Source: Candidatus Micrarchaeota archaeon
Lineage (GTDB): Archaea; Micrarchaeota; Micrarchaeia; Anstonellales; Bilamarchaeaceae
Assembly (NCBI GenBank): GCA_038046805.1
Contig: JBBSVO010000009.1
Location: forward strand, 1 to 19,600
DNA length: 19,600 bases
Direction: 5' to 3'
In this document: positions 7,976 through 13,826 of the stretch, piece by piece
Layout of the letters: every line of letters starts with the position of its first letter
Numbering within the stretch: position 1 is the stretch's first letter
Notes under the pieces: model-generated
Database searches by the model: none
What the model was told of the DNA's origin: nothing
Seen by the model: only the letters and a program-made list of their open reading frames with translations
Program-made: the position numbers and the translations under genes

Positions 7976-10000
7976 ATGGCCCATAAATCTAAAACTATAA
8001 CTAGGGCAGATACCCCCATTCGTAATGCACTAGACAAATTAGGGTTTTCCCCTGTTAATAGAAGCCCTGCATATGAAACTGGGTTAGACCTAATCGAGGA
8101 ACGAAGAGCAAAAGCCCTACTCCAGGTAACGAATTTTGTCAGATCGCCTAACAGTCCGGAAGATGTAAAAGACTTTGATAAACATGTTTGTGAGGTTCTG
8201 GTTAAGGCGATTGTACAAGACATACTCTCCCCTGAAAAAATACCCGAAGAATTGCAAAAACGCAACAACTTACGAGAGAATCTGTTGTTGGTTGACCTAA
8301 TGATATGGCATACCTTTTCTGATGCAACCCACGTTGTACCAGTTGACATGTTGGAACTTCCTCTGACTGGTGGATTTGACGGCAGATATATTGCTGCTTT
8401 TAAAAGTGATCAAAAGTTGTTTTGGAGATTGAGAGAACTTGATACGGCCCCCGGATTTACGTTACAAGATTATAAGGATGCAATTTCTTCATGCGATCCA
8501 TCCCAAGTACTTCGTGTACTGAGGGCAAGATGCCTGGATAATTCAACACTGGTAGATGAATCTGCGGTTCCATTATATGCAGGAGTAACTGGTACTGGAT
8601 TTGAAAAACCATCTGCTGTAGACTGGGCGCAAACAAGAACAAATGTTGCAGAGTCTGTGTTGAATTTCTGGGTAAATATTGCAGATTATATTGGCCATCA
8701 TCCATTGGTTGCAGATATGAAGGATTTTGCAGTAAAAACTTTATATCCAGGTATTTGGGATTATGCAAGATACGAATTACATAAATTAGCTAATCAGATA
8801 GATACAACTAAGGATATGATGTCCGAAATGAAACAGGAATTAGAAGACGCGCTTAAGGCCAGAGGTATAGATGCGGAAGTTATAGTACGGGAAAAATCAA
8901 AAGGTAGTTTGGGATTGAAGGTCAGAGAAAGGACAGAATCACTGATAAAAACGGATCTCTACAACTCTATTGGATTACCACGTGAAAACATAGAGGTTCG
9001 CATCACTGACCCGCGAGTAAATGAAATCGTAGAGGGCGAAAAGGGGATTACAATCTCGTTGTGCGGAGTTCCGGCGAAAGTAGAATTGGTAGAAGAAGGT
9101 TTTCGTATAAAATATTCTTTTCCAACAGACGACTGTGGAAGTTTTGAAGCCGGTTCTTGTCATACCAATCAAGTTGGTCACTGGCAGAATGGGCCCAGCA
9201 TATTTCGTCCATCAGTCGAGTTTTTGAACGATCTAATCGCTGGAAAAATTGTGGTCAAATCCATTAAAGGAAACACACGTGAGCAGGATCTTATAAGTTG
9301 GTTATACTCAATAAATGGCGAAGTTCTAGGGCCAATTATATATCGCATATTGAGAGAATATAATATAACTGAATCTCATACGTCAATACACGACTTTTTC
9401 AAACGACCCGATAAAGAGTATGTTTCATTGCATGTAGATACGCGTCATCCACACGGTTTACCCTTACCTTCTTTCGTTCCATTTGAATGGATCCTTCGCA
9501 CAGAAAAAATTGACAGAGAATGCGAACATGGAAAGTATCCCCATATAAGATACAAAGAAGAAGGAAAAGGCAAAGGCGCGCGACCTGATGTCGTAAAGTT
9601 TGTGATGGGACTAGGGGATCGACTTCTTACTAAAGCAAATGCAAAACCAGTTCAGGAAGGTCCGAAAGAAAAGCATTTCAAAGTAAACGTAAATGTAGGA
9701 GGATGCAATCTAGTCTCGGTGAGCGTCAAAGATGGAGAAACATTTCTTGATGCTTTGGCTAAGGCAGTTCAGTTAGGGGGTGTTGCCCGAGTAACTGATA
9801 AATCCGGAACTCCAGTCACATTATCAGTGCCTGTAATACGGGATTGTGAGCTTGTAGTCGTGATGGCAACAACCCAGAATGACGCAATGTTTGTCCAGCA
9901 CAACCTGGCGAGAAGTCTGATTGAGTTTTGTAAAACCCCTGGAGCGCAGAAACAATTAAGGGACATAATGAATGGCGGCAAAGGCCGAGGGAAAAAATAA
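7976..10000 (+). CDS. Divergent long RelA/SpoT homolog: pseudo-HD + (p)ppGpp synthetase-like + TGS + helical segment
   Basis: Collinear RSH motifs: AESVLNFWVNIADYIG..MKDFAVKTLYP; GIDAEVIVREKSKGSLGLK; LNDLIAGKIVV; DFFKRPDKEYVSLH; FEWILRT..ECEHG..HIRYKE; TGS-like KDGETFLDA..GTPVTLS; LIEFCKTPGAQKQLR. Confidence 0.8.
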   Translation: MAHKSKTITRADTPIRNALDKLGFSPVNRSPAYETGLDLIEERRAKALLQVTNFVRSPNSPEDVKDFDKHVCEVLVKAIVQDILSPEKIPEELQKRNNLRENLLLVDLMIWHTFSDATHVVPVDMLELPLTGGFDGRYIAAFKSDQKLFWRLRELDTAPGFTLQDYKDAISSCDPSQVLRVLRARCLDNSTLVDESAVPLYAGVTGTGFEKPSAVDWAQTRTNVAESVLNFWVNIADYIGHHPLVADMKDFAVKTLYPGIWDYARYELHKLANQIDTTKDMMSEMKQELEDALKARGIDAEVIVREKSKGSLGLKVRERTESLIKTDLYNSIGLPRENIEVRITDPRVNEIVEGEKGITISLCGVPAKVELVEEGFRIKYSFPTDDCGSFEAGSCHTNQVGHWQNGPSIFRPSVEFLNDLIAGKIVVKSIKGNTREQDLISWLYSINGEVLGPIIYRILREYNITESHTSIHDFFKRPDKEYVSLHVDTRHPHGLPLPSFVPFEWILRTEKIDRECEHGKYPHIRYKEEGKGKGARPDVVKFVMGLGDRLLTKANAKPVQEGPKEKHFKVNVNVGGCNLVSVSVKDGETFLDALAKAVQLGGVARVTDKSGTPVTLSVPVIRDCELVVVMATTQNDAMFVQHNLARSLIEFCKTPGAQKQLRDIMNGGKGRGKK

Positions 10001-10003
10001 ACC

Positions 10004-10489
10004 TCATATCTCCCTGAACTCAAACGGGTCTTTTACCACATTCAGCACAATGCTTGTGTTCGTTCTTTGAACATGCGGGATTGACAGAATTTTCTTAATA
10101 AGCGCACTGAGTTCGTTTCTGCTTTTGCACAATACTAATGCAAGCGAATCATGATCCCCGGTTACATCATAAACTGCGTAAACCCCGCGCAGTTTGCTTA
10201 TTTTTTCCTGTGCCTCGAGCAGGTGTCCGCTTTCAATTCGTATATCAACCACTCCCATGAATTCATAGCCTATTTTCAGAAAATCCAGGCTTGAAACATG
10301 AGCCTTTATCACCCCGCTTTTTTCAAGACGCTTAACCCGTTCTATAAGACCTGCAGGGCTTATCCCAATCGCTCCGCTCAATTCGCGATATGACCTGCGG
10401 CAGTTTGTGCGGAACTCCAATAATATCCTCCTGTCTGTCTCGTCGAGCTCAACCTGCTCCTCATTCGTTTTCGTTTGTTTGGTTTTCAT
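10004..10489 (-). CDS. Lrp/AsnC family transcriptional regulator
   Basis: LDETDRRIL..RRSYRELSGAIGIS..ERVKRLEKSGVI HTH; VYDVTGDHD and RTNTSIVL RAM domain; GGGGGTGA SD. Confidence 0.95.
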   Translation of the reverse strand: MKTKQTKTNEEQVELDETDRRILLEFRTNCRRSYRELSGAIGISPAGLIERVKRLEKSGVIKAHVSSLDFLKIGYEFMGVVDIRIESGHLLEAQEKISKLRGVYAVYDVTGDHDSLALVLCKSRNELSALIKKILSIPHVQRTNTSIVLNVVKDPFEFREI

Positions 10490-10572
10490 GCGGTTTCACC
10501 CCCATATTCCAAACATTTGGTTACAAAGATTATAAAATCCACCTACATTTGTTCAATAAAGTTACAAAAATA

Positions 10573-10580
10573 TTTATATA
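10573..10580 (+). promoter_or_regulatory. TATA box of glnA
   Basis: TTTATATA preceded by an A-rich BRE-like tract; implies a TSS near 10603 and a leader of about 175 nt. Confidence 0.6.
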
Positions 10581-10612
10581 TAACCAACGGCTTATTTCTG
10601 CAAATTCAAATC

Positions 10613-10743
10613 CAGAGATTCCACTGGTCTTGTGACCAGTGGTACACAAGTAATGCATAATCTAACGGTGGAATCTCTGCCTGTCAAAAACAAGCCAACG
10701 GTCTCTGACCGGTGGTTTTTGACAAGTCCAGTCTTTGGACTTG
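10613..10743 (+). promoter_or_regulatory. Structured glnA 5' leader (cis-regulatory RNA candidate)
   Basis: Perfect stems 10613-24/10668-79 (12 bp), 10621-29/10634-42 (9 bp), 10682-91/10715-24 (10 bp) and 10723-30/10736-43 (8 bp). Confidence 0.6.
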
Positions 10744-10779
10744 ATTGGTTTTGAATTTCAACTTGTTTGGGGTGGGAGC

Positions 10780-12225
10780 ATGGATGAAAAGGAAAAAAAT
10801 GGAAAAACCGGGAGTGATATAACTGTTTTATACAAGAAGGATGGGTTGGAGCTTACGGATATCAAGTTCGTTGACCTTCTTGGGATGTGGCATCATTTTA
10901 CCGTGCCTTCAGACTCGCTGAATTTTGACGGGAACGATGTTTTGCCGTTTGATGGCTCTTCCATAAAGGGATTTCAGGATATCCATGAAAGTGACATGTC
11001 TTTGATACCAGACCTTTCAACTTATTTTGTTGATCCGTTTTCTTCGAGAAGTTTGAGCCTTACTTGCGATGTTTATGATCCGGTAAAAAAGGAATTTTAT
11101 TCAAGAGACCCACGATATGTCGCAAAAAAAGCCGAGAATTACCTAAAAGAAACAGGAGTCGGGGATACAGCCTGTTTTGGTCCAGAACTGGAATTTTTCA
11201 TTTTTGACAGCATGAGATATGACCAGAACGAATATTCTGGGTATTATCATCTTGATTCTGCTGAAGGAATCTGGAATTCCGGCCAGGATGGCGATGGAAA
11301 CGGCGGACGAAACCTTGGCTACAAGCAGAGATTCAAAGAAGGGTATTTTCCGGTTTCCCCGCACGATAGCATCCATGAACTAAGAAATGACATGGTTTTT
11401 CTTATGCGCAAGGTTGGATTAACTGTTGAAAGACACCATCACGAAGTCGCAACCGCGGGCCAGTGCGAAATAGGAATAAAGTATGCCTCGCTGACAAAGG
11501 CTGCTGACAATGTCATGCTCTATAAGTATGCAGTTAAGAACGTTGCGAAAGAGCACGGAAAAGTCGCAACATTCATGCCAAAACCGCTTTTCAATGACAA
11601 CGGCTCTGGAATGCATGTTCATCAAAGCATCTGGAAGGGCGGAAAAAATATTTTTGCTGGAGACGGTTATGCGGGCCTGAGTGAAACCGCACTTTATTAT
11701 ATTGGCGGGCTTATTGAACATGCACCTGCACTTTGCGGGCTTTTGAATCCAACGACAAATTCATACAAGAGGCTTGTGCCGGGATTTGAGGCACCGGTTA
11801 ATCTTGCTTACAGCTATAGAAACCGCAGTGCGGCAATAAGAATCCCAGTAACCGAGGAAAACGGAAGCGGTGCATCAAAACGAATAGAATACCGACCGCC
11901 AGACCCAAGCTGCAATCCCTACCTTGCATTCGCGGCAATGCTGATGGCCGGTATGGACGGGGTAAAGAGAAAACTTCACCCGGGAGAGCCGGTGGACTAT
12001 GATATCTACCATCACAAGGAAAACGGAAGAAAAATAGAAACCCTTCCAGGAAGGCTTGAAGATTCTTTGGATGCACTTGAAAGCGATCATGCGTTTTTGC
12101 TTGAAGGAAATGTGTTTACAAAAGACCTTCTTGAAACCTGGATTGACATACGAAGAAAGCGCGATGTTGATGCGATACGATTAAGGCCGCATCCCTGGGA
12201 GTTTCATCTGTATCACGACGTTTGA
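10780..12225 (+). CDS. glnA: Type I glutamine synthetase
   Basis: FDGSSI, GPELEFFIF, HHHEVATAGQCEI, TFMPKP..DNGSGMHVHQS, NSYKRLVPGFEAP, RNRSAAIRIP, RIEYRPPDPSCNPYL; ATG 10780 follows a GGGGTG SD. Confidence 0.98.
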   Translation: MDEKEKNGKTGSDITVLYKKDGLELTDIKFVDLLGMWHHFTVPSDSLNFDGNDVLPFDGSSIKGFQDIHESDMSLIPDLSTYFVDPFSSRSLSLTCDVYDPVKKEFYSRDPRYVAKKAENYLKETGVGDTACFGPELEFFIFDSMRYDQNEYSGYYHLDSAEGIWNSGQDGDGNGGRNLGYKQRFKEGYFPVSPHDSIHELRNDMVFLMRKVGLTVERHHHEVATAGQCEIGIKYASLTKAADNVMLYKYAVKNVAKEHGKVATFMPKPLFNDNGSGMHVHQSIWKGGKNIFAGDGYAGLSETALYYIGGLIEHAPALCGLLNPTTNSYKRLVPGFEAPVNLAYSYRNRSAAIRIPVTEENGSGASKRIEYRPPDPSCNPYLAFAAMLMAGMDGVKRKLHPGEPVDYDIYHHKENGRKIETLPGRLEDSLDALESDHAFLLEGNVFTKDLLETWIDIRRKRDVDAIRLRPHPWEFHLYHDV

Positions 12226-12248
12226 TTATATAAAGAAAATAAAAAAAT

Positions 12249-12453
12249 CGGGCTCGGGGGGATTTTGAGCGTTGTTTCAGAAGAATCCGAAACTACTCGG
12301 GCAGAGCCCAAGATTTGCAGATGCCATAGAATCACGGAAAGAGAAAAGAGACTTTATCTACTCCGTCATTTTAAGCGGCAATGCTCCACGCTTTTGGACC
12401 CCCGACCTGCGGATTAAAAGTCCGACGCTCTAGCCAAGCTGAGCTACGAGCCC
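12249..12453 (-). tRNA. tRNA-Lys(UUU) with a 130-nt T-loop intron (exons 12453-12393 and 12262-12249)
   Basis: GGGCUCG UA GCUC AGCUUGGCUA GAGC G UCGGA CUUUUAA UCCGC AGGUC GGGGG UCCAAA[intron]U CCCCC CGAGCCC G. TTTAAAT TATA at 12490-12484 and a T-rich tract downstream. Confidence 0.9.
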
Positions 12454-12553
12454 GATAAGTAGGAAGTAAGTGCTCCAGAGGGAATTTAAACATTGGTCTC
12501 GCGTCCAATTTTTGCGTGTTGTGTTCCGTACGTTTAACGTGTCGTCGTGCGGC

Positions 12554-12587
12554 TCAAAACCAAAAACCGAAACAAAGAACCGGAAAT
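12554..12587 (+). repeat. Degenerate heptamer repeat (NNNRAAC)
   Basis: TCAAAAC CAAAAAC CGAAAC AAAGAAC CGGAAAT. Confidence 0.45.
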
Positions 12588-12589
12588 CA

Positions 12590-12634
12590 TGAGGCTGCAG
12601 CCTCAAGCTTTTCAATTCTTCAAGGAATTGAAAA
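12590..12634. repeat. 16-bp perfect palindrome plus adjacent 10-bp inverted repeat
   Basis: TGAGGCTGCAGCCTCA (12590-12605); TTTTCAATTC-N6-GAATTGAAAA (12609-12634). Confidence 0.7.
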
Positions 12635-12676
12635 CCAACCTTTTTAACCTTCAGTGCTCATATTTTTTCTTATTAT

Positions 12677-12886
12677 GCCAGGTTGGCAGATAGGCTATGC
12701 GTCCGCCTGCAGTGGATTACCCAAAAAGAAATGGTTTTGAAGGTAATGTAACTGGAAAGCGGAATAGAGGGGTTCAAACCCATACCCCTTTTCTTTTAAA
12801 AAAGAAAAGGTCTGAGGGCTTCACGCCAAAAGAAAAACGAAACGCGCGACACGAAACTCAGAACGGAACATTTCCTCTACCTGGCT
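12677..12886 (+). tRNA. tRNA-Cys(GCA) with two introns (37/38: 12713-12757; 58/59: 12778-12871)
   Basis: Acceptor GCCAGGU/ACCUGGC with the U73 Cys discriminator, anticodon stem UCCGC/GCGGA around CU GCA G|A, T arm AGGGG UUCAA|UU CCUCU. TTTTTAAC TATA at ~12641 and a poly-T tract after the gene. Confidence 0.92.
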
Positions 12887-12901
12887 TTTTTATTTTTTAG
12901 T

Positions 12902-13279
12902 TCATATTTGGTCTTCCGTGAATTCAGCCACTGTTCGAGGCTTGCTCCGGTCTATTGAAATTTTATATCCTTCGTTCTTTTTCTCCATCGTGACTTTGAT
13001 GTATTCCCCATCATCCGCCTTCAATCCGCCGCGGATTTTCTCGCAAATATTTTTTTCTATTTCCGCGACGAATGCTTTCACTTTTTTCTCATCATTTGTC
13101 GGAACGCGGAACGAATAACCGCTTCCGTTCATAACTCCATTTGCCATGCTGTCGCATACGTTTGGTGGAAACGTGAATCCGAAATTCAGCTTCCGCGCAG
13201 CTTTTTGAAGTTCCACGACTATACCAGCTTCGCTAATCCCTTTCTGTTGCGGTTGCTCGTGTTCTATTGGCTGTGGCAT
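12902..13279 (-). CDS. Hypothetical protein (125 aa)
   Basis: ORF with protein-like composition; ATG 13279 avoids overlap with the divergent hydrogenase gene. Confidence 0.65.
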   Translation of the reverse strand: MPQPIEHEQPQQKGISEAGIVVELQKAARKLNFGFTFPPNVCDSMANGVMNGSGYSFRVPTNDEKKVKAFVAEIEKNICEKIRGGLKADDGEYIKVTMEKKNEGYKISIDRSKPRTVAEFTEDQI

Positions 13280-13331
13280 ATCAATTTTTCCGCAGGCTAT
13301 GTTTTTAATGTTTAGTTCTGATTCAACATGT

Positions 13332-13826
13332 ATGCCTTCAAAAGTAAAAAAGAAAAAGCTCAGAATCGGCTGGTTCACATTTACTTGTTCAGAGGACAGC
13401 TCGATAATACTCCTTGAGCTTCTTAACGAACATTACTTTGAATGGAAAGAAAGAATAGATTTCGCGCATTGCAAGATGCTTAAATCAAAAAACGATTCAA
13501 CAAATCTTGACGTTGCCTTTGTGGAAGGCGCTATTTCAACCGATACGGAAAAGAAAAAACTATCCGAAATCAGAAAAAATGCAAAAAAGCTCGTCGCTGT
13601 TGGCGCCTGCGCCTGCACGGGCATGCCATCGTCTCAGCGGAACAATTTTGATGAGAAAACAAAAAATGAAATAGAAGATTTCCTGCGGCAGCACAGCCTG
13701 TGGTCAAATGTTCTCACAGTAAAGGACGTCGTTAATGCGGATGATTCCCTTCCAGGCTGTCCGATGGATGGAAAAATGTTCGTTTCATTGATTGACAGGT
13801 ATTTTGTAGAGTTCGGGGTTGTATAA
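13332..13826 (+). CDS. [NiFe]-hydrogenase small subunit, proximal-cluster domain only (group 3b delta-like)
   Basis: RIGWFTFTCSED, DVAFVEGAI, LVAVGACACTG, LPGCP; no medial or distal FeS domain. Confidence 0.88.
   Translation: MPSKVKKKKLRIGWFTFTCSEDSSIILLELLNEHYFEWKERIDFAHCKMLKSKNDSTNLDVAFVEGAISTDTEKKKLSEIRKNAKKLVAVGACACTGMPSSQRNNFDEKTKNEIEDFLRQHSLWSNVLTVKDVVNADDSLPGCPMDGKMFVSLIDRYFVEFGVV

Noticed and set aside
8936..9211. RSH insertion as a mini-intein
   Set aside because: No N-terminal C/S block A and no terminal HN followed by C/S/T.
12263..12392. tRNA-Lys insertion as a group I intron or a confident C/D guide
   Set aside because: Too short for group I and does not end in G. The C-box is imperfect, C-D spacing is about 80 nt, and the only guide match seen (CGGAUU to the anticodon arm) is 6 nt.
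12468..12490. Minus-strand AAATTCCCTCTGGAGCA resembling a third tRNA 3' end or split-tRNA half
   Set aside because: No matching 5' half nearby; TTTAAAT is better explained as the tRNA-Lys TATA box.
12430..12900. ORFs 12430-12615 (-) and 12697-12900 (+)
   Set aside because: They overlap the tRNA genes and repeats; spurious.
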